A DNA stretch of 64,000 nucleotides from an uncultured Planctomycetota bacterium (GCA_963823665.1 CAWGMQ010000010.1:2496001-2560000), one strand, 5' to 3'; numbered from the stretch's first letter, positions 22,761 to 36,733 are shown. Translations and numbers: made by a program. Notes: generated by a model from the letters alone, not told the origin.

Positions 22761-24251
22761 TTGTTTACACGCTTCAGCACGCGTGCATGTAAGCATTTAA
22801 TAACTCTTGGGTCGCCGTTTCTTACATCGCGGCCCGACGCGGCCTGGGCGGTCACCAACCCGGTCATATGCGATGGCTCCGAGCATTGCCGCCCAGAGTC
22901 GAGCACGCCGATCCGGGTCCACCGTCTGCAAGGAGTCGCGGAACGCTGAGATCGCTTGTTGGGTCCCCTTGAAGCTCAACTCTCGCGGCCGGGCACCCTC
23001 CACGCCCGCCGCAGTGGCCATGAAGGAACGGATAATGTTATAAGCCAACATGTGCATCCATATTTCCTTCTCGACCATATCCGGCGTCTGGCAGCGCAGT
23101 ACGTCCATCTGCATCACGACCTTGATGGAACGTAAGTCGAGTTCGATATTCCACCTCTTGAGGAAGAGATCGGCGAGCTCTTCCTTGGTGTACTCAATCG
23201 GATCGACCAGCGTCGTGACCAAGACGATCTCGCGCACGCGATATCCAGGATTGTCGACTCGGAAACGCAACTCACGGACCGTGATCTCGTCAGGAATTTG
23301 CGCATAAGTCTTTTCATCCATCCATTCCGGCCGTGCTGGCTTTGGCCACCGCACGAGATGGTCTTCGATCCCGAGACAGCGCCCTCGACGGAAATCGATC
23401 CTCCTGCGCTGGTGCATGCGAAATACCCCATCGACCTCGCGGCGCATTAACTCGGCGATGCCGAAATACGAACCAGAATAGCGATCGCCCAGCAGAATAC
23501 TGCCCTTTTGCAGTCGCTCCAACAGTGTGCGCAGCAAGCTTGTCTCGCCGCTGCGTTTTCCTTTATACGGGCCGATCGCCAGATCCAGCACCGCTCCAGT
23601 GGCCATGCAGATAATTGTCACGAACCGCGCGATCGCGAATCCGAGACCTGCCTTTTGGGTGCGTGGCTGAGGAAAGGCCTCTTGGTTGGCCGGTGTATCC
23701 GGCATCGACGCAGTCGATCCATCAACCAGAAGGACTAATCGCCCTTTCCAGTGCCATGCCGGCAGGGCTTTCTTCTGGAGGACCAGTCCCGTCATGCGAA
23801 GCAGTCGCGCGATAAAGGACAGCGGTAGGCGTTGCCGAGCCTTGCAGTAGTTGCCCGTGTCAGGAGAAACCGGGGGTTGCCCTTGCGAAACGAGAAAGGC
23901 AATCAGCCTCAACACCGCTTGGCGACACGAGTGATCCGGGTCGAGCACTTGGGTTAGGAATGTCCAGAGCGTCACGAGCGGGGTGTAGGTGCGAATCCGG
24001 AACTTGAGCCCCTCCTCGGCGAGGGCGGACTCGACGAGCTCCCCGTCGAGCAGGTTGTGGTACGGGAGCGTGTCGCCGTTTCTCAGCGCATTGGCCTGTT
24101 CCTCAGCCCGACGTCGGATATCCTGTGCCACTGTCGGCCTCCTTGCCGAAACGAGCCATGGATATGTGTCAACACCCATGCTTGTTACAAGGAGGCCGAT
24201 TTTTGTCTAGAGCAATCCGCGACGAGACTTGCGCCTATCACAGTGCCATTC
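22724..24251 (-). mobile_element. IS4-family insertion sequence (1528 bp)
   Basis: Terminal inverted repeats GAATGGCACTGT / ACAGTGCCATTC; 11-bp flanking direct repeats gtggcaggaac (22713) and gtgtcaggaac (24252). Confidence 0.9.
22797..24179 (-). CDS. IS4-family DDE transposase
   Basis: LLVDGST, LLGDRY, YREK-like FLKRWNIELDLRSIK, C-terminal PGRVGPRCKKRRPK. Confidence 0.93.
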   Translation of the reverse strand: MGVDTYPWLVSARRPTVAQDIRRRAEEQANALRNGDTLPYHNLLDGELVESALAEEGLKFRIRTYTPLVTLWTFLTQVLDPDHSCRQAVLRLIAFLVSQGQPPVSPDTGNYCKARQRLPLSFIARLLRMTGLVLQKKALPAWHWKGRLVLLVDGSTASMPDTPANQEAFPQPRTQKAGLGFAIARFVTIICMATGAVLDLAIGPYKGKRSGETSLLRTLLERLQKGSILLGDRYSGSYFGIAELMRREVDGVFRMHQRRRIDFRRGRCLGIEDHLVRWPKPARPEWMDEKTYAQIPDEITVRELRFRVDNPGYRVREIVLVTTLVDPIEYTKEELADLFLKRWNIELDLRSIKVVMQMDVLRCQTPDMVEKEIWMHMLAYNIIRSFMATAAGVEGARPRELSFKGTQQAISAFRDSLQTVDPDRRARLWAAMLGAIAYDRVGDRPGRVGPRCKKRRPKSY

Positions 24252-24288
24252 GTGTCAGGAACCAATTCACGCCTCAATCACGCCCAGC

Positions 24289-27200
24289 CTACCGCCGGCG
24301 TCGTGCCAGAACTTGGTCCGCCGCCAGATCATGAATCACGGACGAACCCGAATCATCCGCCACGAGCACTCCCAGCACCGCATCCACGGCGACGCTCGTC
24401 GCCCCGATCACGCTCGCAGCAGTCCCGTTCACGGTTTGCGTGAGCACACCCGACGTGCTCGTCAGGAAATTCGCGTCCCCACCATAGACCACCGTGATCG
24501 AATGCGAGCCCACCCCCAGCGTCTTCGTGCTGAACGTGGCTTTCCCACCGCTGAGCATGCCCGTGCCGATCTGCGTAGCACCGTCATAAAACGTCACCGA
24601 TCCCGTGGGCGTCCCGGCCCCAGGCGCCGCCGCCGTCACCGTCGCGGTGAATGTCACCTTCTGACCCGAATTCGACGGATTGAGCGACGACGTCACCACA
24701 GCGGTCGTCCCGTCCTGATTCACCGTCTGGGTGGAACTCCCACTGCTGGTGCTGAAGCTATTGCTGCCCGTGTACGTGACAGTGATCCCGTGCGACCCAG
24801 TTGCCAGCTTGGCGGTCGTATATTGCGCCGATCCCCCGCCGAGCGCCACCGTGGCGAGCTTCGTCGCTCCGTCCATGAACGTCACCGATCCTGTCGGCGT
24901 GCCACCGCCGGGCGCATTGGCACCCACGGTCGCCGTGAACGTCACGGCTTGCCCAAAGACTGACGGATTCGCCGAGGAGACAACCACCGTGGAGGTACTG
25001 TCCTGCCCGACCGTCTGGCTAACCGTTCCCGTGCTCGTCTTGAAGTCGGAGTCCCCGCTATAAGCAACCTTGATCGTGTCCGTGCCAACCGGAATCGCCA
25101 CGCTCGAGCTGATGCTGACCGTCCCGTTCGCAAGCGTGCCCGTCCCGAGCACGTTCGATCCTTGTGTAAACGTGACCGTACCGGTGGGCGTCCCGCTCCC
25201 CGGCGAGCTCGCGCTCACCGTCGCCGTCAGCGTGAGCGACTGACCATACAACGAAGGATCCGGCGCGACCGTCACGGCCGCGCTCGACGCAGATTGATTC
25301 ACCGTTTCAGAAAGCGCCGCCGAGCTGCTGCCCGTGAAGTTCGGGTCGCCACCGTAGATCACCGTGATCGAGTGCGGGCCGACCAAAGCGAACGTCGTCG
25401 AAAATGTCGCAACGCCTCCGCTCAGCATCCCCGTCCCGATCGCCGCCCCCCCGTCCAGGAACGTCACCGTGCCCGTTGGCGTGCCGCTTCCTGGCGAGAC
25501 AGCCTTTACCGTCGCCGTGAACACCACCGACTGGCCGTACACCGCTGATGCATCAGATGAAGCAACCTTCGAAGTCGTGGCGGCTTGGTTGACAGTTTGC
25601 ATCAGACTAGGCGAAGTGCTCGCGGCGAAACTGGCGCCTCCGGAATACACCACGGTGATCGCTTGTGATCCCACGGCAACGGCCGCGGTTTTGAGTGTCG
25701 CCTTTCCTCCGCTGAGCGTCGCGCTCCCCAGCAAGTTCGTCCCGTCGTAGAAGGCGACCGTTCCGGTCGGCGTCCCTCCCCCCGGCGAAACCACACTCAC
25801 AACCGTAGCAAACGAGACGTTTTCGCCCCAGATCGACGGACTCAGCGACGATGTGACCGACGTCGACGTTTGGGCCTGGCTCACAATCTGTGTCGTCTGG
25901 TCGAGGCTCAATAGAAATCGAGAGCTACCCGAGTACGTCGCAGTGATGTCATGCGCGCCAACCGCAAGCGCGGCGGTCGATAGGCTCGCCGTCCCGCCGT
26001 GCAGGGTCGCCGTCCCGAGCGTCGTTCCGGTCGTCTGATCGACGAACGTCACCGACCCGGCCGGTTTCGGGTCGCCCGGAAAGTCCGGCGCGACGACGGC
26101 GGTGAACGTCACCTTCTGGCCGAAGACTGAAGGGCCGGGCAAAGCAACAAGCGCGGTGAAGCTGAGCTCCGTCGCCGTTTGCGTGGTTCCCGCAACCGTG
26201 AACGTGTCTCCCACGGTTGGGACCGGCGCACCCGCGGTGTTATGAACGAATTCGCCCCCAGCATTGATGTTGATCGTATTGCCGCCCGGCGAGCTCGACG
26301 TCCCGAGGTCGACCGTGCCGCCGGTGATCGAGATCGCCGCCTGCCCCGCAACCGCCGACCCATCAATCGTGCTGTTCCGCACACTCAACGAACCGCCGCC
26401 CACCAGGATCGTCGGCGAGCCTGTACCATTCGTCGCGATGACGTTGTCGAGCGTGACGTCGCCCCCGGCAACCGTCAAAGCCGGTGCATCGCCGGCCAGT
26501 GTCCCGTTCTGGATCACGACATTCACTCCGGCCGCCGGGCTGAGAGTCGTTCCGGCCTGAATCGTCTGGCCACCGAGGTCGATCGCCACGGTGACGTCCG
26601 TCGTTTGGCTCGAAAGGCCGTTGATCGCCGTCACGACCTCGTCGAGCTCGCCGCTATCCGTCGGCTCGAGAACCCACGCTGGGCAGCGTCGTTCCCACAG
26701 GCAGGTTCTCGATCTCCGAGACCGCACTCTGCACCAAACTCTCCTCCGTCGCCGGATCGGCGACAATCGGCACAGAGACCGTCGAAGCCGACGAGCTGAT
26801 CACACTCAAGTCCTGGCTGAATTCCGACGTGTTGCCGCTCGGGTCGGTAGCCGTCGCCGAGATGAGTTCGCCCGCGAGGTCGCCCGTGGCGAACGTGTCC
26901 GAAAAAACCGCCGCGCCCGATCCGTCGGTGATCACATCGAACGAGGCGATGACCGTCTGGCCCTGGCCGTATCCCGACGGGTCGGCCGTCGAGTCGGCGA
27001 AGACCTGGACGAGATAAGCGCTGTCCGGGTCGGCAGCAAGCGTGCCATCGACAGTCAAGGTGCCCTTGGGGTCCGACGCGTCCGGTACGAAAACAGCGGA
27101 GCCGAGGACCGGGAAGTTCTGCAGGCCGTTCGGTGCGCCCGCGATGATCCCCGTCGTCGGCGACGAGTGATCGAGCGTCACGCCGTCGTCGCCGAGGTCG

Positions 27201-30200
27201 ATGCCCAGCGCCGTGTTCCCATAGATCTGATTGCCTAGAATCGGGTCGCCGACTGCACTCCCGCCAACGATCGCGATGCCGAGCCCGACGTTATCGGCAA
27301 TAACGTTGGCCGCGCCGGCCACCGTGCCGCCAATGGTATTGGCGGAAGACGTTTGATCGGGATCGGTCGGGTCACTGATGTAAATCCCCGCCTCCTGGCT
27401 GCTGACGGGGTACACCGGCCCCCCATTTCCCAGGCCCGCGATCGGGTTGCCGCTTGAGTCGAAATTGATGCCGATCAAGTTGCCTTCGATCGAATCATCC
27501 GATGAGCCGTAATCCGTGTTGCTCGCTGGCCCGGTATCTGCAATCGTGCCGCCCAAGAGCGCGATGCCTCCCTCGCTGTTGCCTGCGATCACGTTGCCCG
27601 CGCCTGCCGCGGTTCCTCCGATCGTGATGTCCGATGAATTGATCAGTGCGATCCCGAAATTTGAGTTGCCAAGCGCGACATCTCCAGCGGCGTCGGTCCC
27701 GATCAGGTTGCCTTCGATGACCGTGCCGGCACAGGCCATGCCGTTAGCGTAATAGGACAGGATGTCGATCCCGTCGACAATCCACGGGAAGCCCCCGACA
27801 AACCCGGTGTCAACGGTGTATCCGCTGCTCCACGGGCCAAGCGCAATCACGTTGCCGGTGCCCGGCGCGGTGCCGCCGATCAAGGTATCCGGGCAATTGG
27901 TAAGGGAGATGCCGGCACCAAGACCCTGTCCTGGCAACAGCTCCATTCCATCGGCGGTCGTGCCAATTTTGTTGTCCTGGATCACGGTCCCCGATGCGCC
28001 ATACGCGACGATGGCGTCATAATTATTGCCCGGCGAGATGACGTTCCCCGCCCCGGGCAGGCCGATCACCGTGCCATCGTCGTTGTCGCCGTAAAGTGCG
28101 ATGCCCCACGCGGCATTCTCGAGCGCACTCGTGCCGCCGGCATTCGTGCCCACGTAGTTGCCGGCAATCACGTTTCCAGAATTGGGTCCGTCGAGCTCGA
28201 CGCCGCAGTACGCGTTTGCGGAAATGAGATTGCCCTCGTCCAGGTTCTGCGGGCCATAGACGGAATTCACGCCGACAAAGTTTCCGTCGGCGCTTACGTT
28301 GATGTTGACGCCGTCGTAACCATTGCCAAGTGCTGCGGTGCCCGCCGCGTTGGTCCCGATCTTGTTGCCGGCAACAACGTTTCCATCCGCTCCCGCAGCC
28401 TGGAAAAATATCCCCGCGAAGCCGTTGCCCGAGATGACATTGCCCTCTGCGCGCATCGTCCGCACCGTCCTGGCCGGAGGTGCCGATGAGATTATCGGCG
28501 CTGATGACCACGATGCCGGACGCGCCATTGGGAATCGCAGTGTCACCGAGTGAATCGGTGCCGATGTAGTTGCCGGCAATCGTGTTGTCCGAGCCGCCGT
28601 AGACCCCGATTCCGTCACTCAGGTTGCCGGAGATGACATTGCGCTCGTCAGCGTTTTCCTGGCCGTACACGGAGTTGACGCCGACCGAGGTATCTGAGGA
28701 GTAGTTGACGATGACGCCGATCCCGCCGTTGGGCAGGGCCGCCTCGCCGCTGGCGGTTGTGCCCACCAGGTTCCCCGCGATCACGTCGTTCGAGCCCGCT
28801 CCGACGAAAACACCGTCGGAGGTGTTGCCCGAGATGACGTTGCGCTCGATGGCGTCACCAGTCCCATCTTGACCATCCGTACCGACTAAGTTCGATGGAC
28901 CGGAGATGTAAACGCCCCATTCGTTGGGGATCGCCATTTCCGCCGCGATGTCAGTCCCGATGAGGTTTCCCGCGATGACCGTGCCGGACGAGCTTGGGTC
29001 GACATAGACGCCCGAGTACATGTTCCCTGAGAGGAGATTGCCCTCGTCGGCATTCTCGGGTCCGTAGATCGGGTTTACGCCAACCCAGTTGTCGTCCGAC
29101 CCGTCCTGAATGTGGATTCCGTCCGCGGCGTTGCCCAGCGCGGCGGTCCCCGCGGCATCCGTTCCGATCAAGTTGCCGGCGATCACGTTGCCCGTCGCAC
29201 CAGAGCCGCTAAGCAGAATCCCCTGCGACCCGTTCCCCGAAATGACATTCCCTTCGATGGCGTCAAAGGCGCCATCTTGCCCCGTCGTGCCGATAAGGTT
29301 CGAAGCCGATTCGACGCCAACGCCCGTGCCGTTGGGTACAGCGATCGACCCCGTGGGGTCCGTGCCAATATAGTCGCCCGCAATGACGTTGCCTGTTCCG
29401 GCCGTCGGGTCGATAAAAACACCCCATCCGCTGGTGTTTCCCGAGATCACATTCCGCTCGTCGGCATTCTCGGAACCATAGACCGGGTTAACGCCGATCC
29501 AGTTGTCGCTGGCTCCGCTGGTGACGATCACGGCATAATCCCCGTCGCCCAGCGCGGCTTTGCCGGACGCGGTCGTCCCGATGTAGTTGCCTGCGATCAC
29601 ATTCCTCGTCGTGACGGGGCTATGCAGAGCACCGAAGACCTGCGTGTAGATATCGACTCCATAATTCGTGTTCCCGGAGATCACGTTGCGCTCGAGGGCG
29701 TCGTCGGACCCGTCCTGTCCCAAGGTTCCGATCAAGGTATTTGATGAATCGACGATCTGAACGCCGAAACCATTCGGGATCGCGGCCGTTCCTGACGCAT
29801 TCGTTCCGATCAGGTTGCCGGCCACGACTTCGCCGGTGGAATCGAAGATCTGAAACGCGCCCCCGTTGCCCGAGATGACGTTGTCTGGGTCGGCATTTGC
29901 GGGTCCATAAACGGAATTCACGCCGATCCAGTTGGTCGCGGAGACCTCGGCGAAATAGATGCCGTCACCCGCGTTTCCAAGAGCGGCCGTGCCCGTTGCG
30001 TTTGTACCGATGAAATTGCCGGCGACGACATTGCCGCTCGTCCCGCTGCCGTAGAGGTCGACGCCGTCGCCCAGGTTCCCCGAGATGAGGTTGCGCTCGC
30101 CGGCGTCGTCTGCGCTCTGGCCGCTGGTGCCGACCAGATTGTCCGAAGCACCGTCTTCGATCACGACACCAGCCCCGATGCCGGCGTCATCGGCATCGAT

Positions 30201-32459
30201 CGCGAGCGTGCCGCCGTTGCCCAGCGCGCCCGTCGCGGTGACGTTGGTGCCGATATAGTTGCCGGCGACGACGTTCTTATCGGTCCCGGTACCGGTCATC
30301 CAAACACCGGCAAAGAGGTTGCCGCTGATGATGTTTCGCTCGAGGGTGTCGTCGGCCGTCCCGTCCTGACCCGAGGTGCCGATCAGGTTACCGGATGCAC
30401 CTCTGTCGATCTCGACACCGGCGTAATTGGGGAGTGGCTGGGTGCCGGTAAAATCGGTGCCGATATAATTGCCGGCCACGGTGTTGCCAGCCGTACCCGT
30501 GCCACTGATCTCGACACCGTCGCCTGTGTCGCCCGAGATAACGTTGCGCTGGTCGGCGTTCTCAGGACCGTAGACCGAATTCACGCCGACCCAGTTCCCG
30601 TAGACGCCGCTGTCGATCTGGACCCCGTTGGTCGTGTTGGGCAGCGCACCGGTACCCGCCGCATCGGTGCCAATGTAATTGCCTGCAACGACGTTTGCAG
30701 TCGATACCGGCGGAGAGCCGTTGGCAACGTACGTGATCCACAGACCCGGACCGGCGTTTCCCGAGATCACGTTGCGCTCGATCGCATCAAGGGAACCGTC
30801 TTGTCCCGAGGTCCCGATCAAGTCGTTCGTCGAATCGCTGATCTGAACCCCGAAACCGTTGGGTATAGCCGCGGTGCCTGCAGCATTGGTGCCGATCAGG
30901 TTGCCGGCGGCAACCTGGTTCGAGCTGTCGCCAATCTGCAGGCCGCCGTACGGGTTGCCCGAAATGACGTTCCCTTCATCGGCGTTTGCTGGCCCGTATA
31001 CGGTGTTAACGCCCACCCAGTTGGTCGAATTGACTTCGCCTAGAAAGACTCCGTCACCAGCATTTCCGAGCGCGGCCGTACCTGCCGCGTTCGTACCGAT
31101 GAAATTACCCGCAACCACGTTGCCGCTCGTGCCGCTGCCGATGATGTCGATGCCGTCATTAAATGGATCGCCCGAGATGATGTTGCGTTCGCCCGCATCA
31201 TCGGCGCTCTGGCCGCTGGTTCCCACGAGGTTGTGGGAAGCACCCGCGCTGATCACCACACCGCCGCCGATGCCGTACCCATACACCGGACCAAGTGGGT
31301 AGAAAACGACTTCGCTGCCGTTGCCCAGTGCGGTGTCTCCGGTCACGCTCGCACCGATGAAATTCCCGGCGACAACATTGTCGTCCGATCCGGTCCCGAA
31401 AATCCACACGCCGGCTTGACGGTTGCCGCTCAAGATATTTCGCTCGAGTGCATTATCGATTCCATCGCCGTTCGTGCCAATCAGGTTTCCGCTAGCACCG
31501 CCCTCGATTCTGACACCGACATTATTCGGGATCGCTTCTGTGCCGGTGCAATCCGTGCCGATGTCATTGCCGGCGACGGTGTTGCCGTCCGAACCATCGA
31601 TTTCAACGCCATGGTCGTTACCGGAGATCACGTTGCCCTGGTCGGCGTTTTCGGGGCCGTTTACCGCGTTGACGCCGATCCAGTTGACGCTGGCGCCGTT
31701 CGTGAGCTGCACACCAAAATAAGACCCGTTGCCCAGGGCTGATTCTCCCGTCGCGTCTGTGCCGATGTAGTTGCCGGCGACGATGTTCTGCTCTGTCCCG
31801 GCACCGCCGATCGAGACGCCGGCGTACGTGTTTCCGCTGATGACGTTTCGCTCCGATGAGTCGTTGACGCCGTCGCCATTCGTGCCGATCAAGTTGGCCG
31901 AAGCACCGTCGTCGATCTCCACACCATCACCGTTCGGGTATGCCAGCTCGCCGGTCGGATCGGTCCCCAGATAGCTTCCGTAGATCCAGTTCCCCGTTGC
32001 GCCGCTCCCCGATATCAGGATGCCGAAACCCTGCGTAAAGCCGTTGACGTCGAGCCCGCGAACCGTGACGCCCGAGCCCCTGATCGTGAGCCCGTCGGCC
32101 GTCCCCGCCTGGCTTCCGTTCAGCTCGATGACCGGGGTTCCGGAATACCCCCGCTGGGAGAAACCGTCGATCAAGATCGAATTCGTGATCGCCGGTAGCG
32201 GCGAGGAAGGCTCGATCGTCCACGAGCTCGTCGTCGCGTTATAGCCTGGGTCCGAGGTCGGAATGTCGAAGTCAACCGTGTCGCCGTCCTGCGCATTCAT
32301 GAGCGCGTAACGCAAAGATCCCGTGTCGCTCGAGGAATCGCTCGTATCGGTCACCGTAAGAACACTGAGCAGAGTCCGGTCTTCGAGCAACTCGAGTCGC
32401 AGACGGCGACTCGCGCGGCGAATTCCTGGCCCAACCACAGGCGAGCTGCGAAACCGCAT
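24289..32459 (-). CDS. Giant secreted/surface protein, paralogue of 13462..18340 with more beta-helix repeats (frameshifts near 28450 and 26680)
   Basis: RRLRLELLEDRTLLS from the likely ATG at 32459; many ERNVISGN repeats; same linker and Ig repeats; identical C-terminal tail. Confidence 0.88.
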
Positions 32460-32924
32460 CGGTGATACTCCATCGTGACAAGGCAGCAAAAACGATACAT
32501 CGCACCGTGGCACCGACATCGAGCACCAAGCGCGCGCCGCCGCGCGGAAGCGAAGCATCTCCGCAACGATGTGATCTCACCAGTCCTTCGACCCGCACAT
32601 CTTCATGCCGGATCGATCACGTTCGTCTCGGTGTCTGCCTCGCGGGTGATCCTTTCCGTGTCGGTCCCTATTCCGGACTCTGCCATCGCGGCGCGCCGGG
32701 TGACACATTATTCAAAAAATCAACAAAGTCAGGGCTCGGCGTCCTGTTTGGTTTGATTCGTGCCGAATCTTGATTCCGGTCCGTCCACCGCTAAGGAACG
32801 GGCCGGAACCAAATTCCGTCGATTTACGTGAAGTGCGCCGCGGAGCGGCACAAAGACCGTTCCGACGCAGAGCGTCGGAACGAGGGCTTTCCGTCATGGT
32901 AGGATTGAGACCGAAATCGGGAAG

Positions 32925-35871
32925 TTATTTCCGGCCTGTTCCTAAAACCCTGTTCGCCTCGGCCTCGAGCTCGATCAGAGTCCGGTCATTCGACGGTCGA
33001 CCGGCAATCCACGTCCGAGCGCGATTGAACCACTCTCGGGCCGTTTCGTGTTCTCCGGCGCGCCAGTGCGCCATCGCAAGATACAACCAGGCCCAAGGAT
33101 TGGGTCCCGGCGCCAGCGACAGTGATTTCTCGAACGCGACGATCGCCTGCCTGCAATCTCCGCCGCGATACTCCGCGACCCCGAGCGATTCCCACGCCGA
33201 TGCCTTTTGAGGCAGTCGGGCGACCCCTTGGCGCGCCAGCTCGAGCGCTCGGGTTCTATTGCGCACGCTCGGATCGGGGCAGCTTGCGAACAATTCGATC
33301 ATGCCTTCGGTCAGTCGGTCGTCTTCGCGAGATTCCGCCGCGGCTTTCTCGAACTCGTCGCGGGCCTGTCGGAATAGACCCGCCGCCTCCTCGTGCAGGC
33401 CGGCTTCATGCAACCGTGCGGCAAGAAAGTAGCTGCCCTGCGCCAGCACGCGGCGGTGAGTTGTCTCACCCGGCCGCTCCGCCACGAGCTTCGCGCACTG
33501 TCAAGCTCCGGCGAAAGGCGTCGAATGCCTCGCTATCACGTTCGAGTGCCAGGAGCGAATCGCCCAGCGCGGAGTAAACCCATCCCAGTCGCCGCTGGTG
33601 TTCGGCGACGTCGGGAAAATCGTCGATCAGCTTTTCGTGGATGGCGATCGCTCGCTCGAACAAAGGTACGGCCAGCCCTGCCTCCCCCTTGTTCTGAAGG
33701 ACCAGACCTAGATCGCACTGGTTGTGAGCCAGCCGCCCCTGAAAATCGGCGCGCCGCGGCTCGATCGCGATCAGCTTTTCTCGCAACCCCATCGCCACTC
33801 GAAGCTCCCGCTCCGCTTCGCTCAATTGTTGAGAACCAAGGTGTGCCCGGCCCAGCCAGTGCCGGATGTGGGCTTCATCATCCCAGTCACGGGAGTGCGG
33901 GGCGCCCAGCTCTCCCTTGAGCACCATCCAGACAGCCAGCGCCTTCCGGTCGTAATCGAGCGCCTCATCGAGACGCCCGGCGTCCATGAAAATGTTGCCC
34001 GCATCAATAAGTGCCCGGGCAAAGCGCCGCCGAAAGTCGGTGACCGCCGGAAAGTTGCGGGCGAGCGACTCCCGAATCGCCAGCTCGCGGCGCCGCTCGG
34101 CGATTGCTTCATCAAAGCGGCCGTCCAGGAAATGCGTAAGCCCGAGTAATCCGTGACTGTCGGCCAGGTCCTCCGCAAAAGCGGTATTCTCCGGCGCCTC
34201 GATGACCAGTTGGTCGAGTAGTCCGATCGCCTGCCTCAAGGGAGGTCCAGCTTCACCGCTCAAGCCAATGCCAAACATCGGCATCCGGTAGATTCGTGCA
34301 ACTCGCAGACACGCCCGAGCCGTCTCGTGCCGCAAAATTGGGTCGCCGCTCTTTTCCTTGATGAAGGCTTGATAGAACTCGAGCGCCTCGAGTAACAACT
34401 TTCGCCGCAGCTCCTCCGTCCGCGGCACATTGACCAGCTCCTCCGACGCTCGCGTGTACATTCGGTCTACCGCGGCCTGCGCCTTGCGCAGATTCGCCTC
34501 GGCCCGTCCTCTTTCCGCATCGGTCCGCGCTTGCTCTCTTTGAATTCGCAGGTTCGCGATCGCCAGCCCGGCAACCGCGAGCACCAGGGCCAGCGCGGTC
34601 GATGCGCTGGCCGTCACCACAATCGCCCGATGACGCCGGGACCATTTCCTGATCCGCAGCGCCCATGATGGCGGCTTCGCCTTGATGGGAATGTGGTCCA
34701 GGAATCGCCGCAGGTCCGCTGCCAGGTCCTGCGCCGTTTCGTACCGCCCATCAGGCTCCTTGCTCATCGCCTTCAGCAGAATCGTTTCGAGCTCCCGCGG
34801 AATGGCCGGATCGATCTTCCGCAGCGACTTGGGCGACTCATGCTGAAGCTTGCGCAAGACCTCCTGCCGGTCCTGACCGTCGACAGCGCGGCAAAGCGTG
34901 AGCACTTCGTAAAGCGTGGCCGCCAGCGAGTAGATGTCGGTGCGGTGATCGAGAACCCCGCGCTTCGAGAGCGCCTGTTCCGGGCTCATGTACCGCAGCG
35001 TTCCGATCATTTCTCCGGTGATCGTCAGCGCACTATCGTCCTGCAGCCGCGCCAGACCAAAGTCGCTGATCCATGCGTTCCCCTCGGCATCCAGCAGAAT
35101 GTTCGCCGGCTTGATATCGCGGTGCACGACGCCGAATCGGTGCGCGAAGTCAAGAGCCTCGGCAATCTGAATCCCCAGCCTGGCGACGGTGCGAAACCAC
35201 TCGGAGGCTCGCCCCGAAACCGCCGTCGAAGCCGTCCCACGGTCCAATCCACCCGGCAACAAGACGGTTGAGGAAATGGCGCCGGCGAGACGGGCCTCCT
35301 CCGGCCTCTGTCGCGCCCGAATGGCTTGCGCCAACGTCTGCCCTTCGATCAACTGCATCGCATAGTAATGAACGCCTCGCTCGCATCCAACCGAATAAAC
35401 CGGCACGATGTGCGTGTGATGAAGCTGAGCCGCCGCCTGGGCCTCGGCCTTGAACCGCCTGAGCTGCTCGGCATCAAGTGCGGCCGCCATCGGCAGCACC
35501 TTGAGCGCCACGCGCCGCCCCAGCGAAAGCTGCTCCGCCTCGTACACAACTCCCATGCCGCCACGACCCACCTCCTTCACGATCCGGAAATCGCCCAGCA
35601 GCCCGAGCCCAGCCTCGGGCTCTTCCACGATCCCCAGCAGTCGCGAGCGAGCCGGCGCCCCACGCCCGGCCGAGGTCCCGAGCTGAGCCATCAATTCCAT
35701 CGTCGGCAGTAATCGCCGCAGCGAGTCGGCGTGCTCGGGGTAGTGCGCCACAATCGCGTCGTAATCCACCGGCTCGCCCGCCTGAAGCCGGTTCGCCAGC
35801 TCCTCGAGCACATTGTCGAGGACCGCCTCGCCACTGCCTGACGAAACCCCGCTCTCAAGCGAAATCTTCAC
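32925..35871 (-). CDS. Ser/Thr protein kinase with TPR repeats (frameshift near 33490)
   Basis: GRGGMGVVYEA, HRDIKPAN, DFGLAR, GTLRYMSPEQ, TM segment, TPRs; C-terminus in ORF 32925..33485. Confidence 0.9.
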
Positions 35872-36504
35872 TCGCTTTCCCCCCCGGGCTCCACATCGAG
35901 TTGCTTCCGCAGTCGCTCGAGCGCGCGCCGGTGCCGCGTCTTCACGGCCGCCTCACCAATGCCCAGCACCGAGGCAGTCTCCGCCGTATTGAGCTGTTCC
36001 AGATAACGTAGCACCAGCACCTCTCGGTCCCTGGGTGGCAGCATCTCGATCGCCGCCTGCACCCGGACACGAAGCTCGTCCTCGAGCAGCCGCGCGCGCC
36101 GGACTCTTCGCCGAACGGGCCAATCGTTCCGTCAAAGCAGCCTCCGAGTCGGCGGGAAGGTCAAAAATCCGCAGCTCCTCCCGGTCCACGCTCCGCCGCT
36201 TCGCGTGTAAATGAAACCGATGAAGCTGAATCAGCCGCTCCCACGCAAACTGCCGCAGCCAGGGATAAAACGGAATCGGGCGAGTCTTGAGGTAATCACT
36301 AAGATTCCGCGCCGCGTCCGCCAAAGCATCTTGCACCACGTCAGACGGATCAACCCGGGCCGCCATCCGCCGATCGATGCGCAAGGCGACCATCTGCCGA
36401 AGCCGCGATCGATGCCGCGCCAGCAAGTCCTGGCGTGCAAGCGGATCACCCGCGCCGGCTCGATCAAGAAGTTCCTCGGTGTCGGGCTCACCCCCGGCCT
36501 TCAT
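35868..36504 (-). CDS. ECF sigma factor, planctomycete kinase-associated subfamily (frameshift near 36090)
   Basis: RHRSRLRQMVALRIDRRMAARVDPSDVVQD; sigma4 DREVLVLRYLEQLNTAETASVLGI in ORF 35868..36062; overlaps the kinase start. Confidence 0.88.
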
Positions 36505-36733
36505 CACGACCGCTCCTATCCGAGGCTCTGCAAGATGAACGACTTTGGTGACACATGTTGCCGAAAAACGACAATCTTTGCGCAAAGGCACGATTCCGCT
36601 CGTTTCGAGCGGAGGCAAGCTTGCACTCAGTCGAGACCCGCCGGCATTCCGCGCCAGGCGAATCCTACCGCCATCGTTGCCGGGAAGGGAAGCCGGCACC
36701 AGGATGTCCGCGGCGCAGGCGGAGTCCGGCCCC

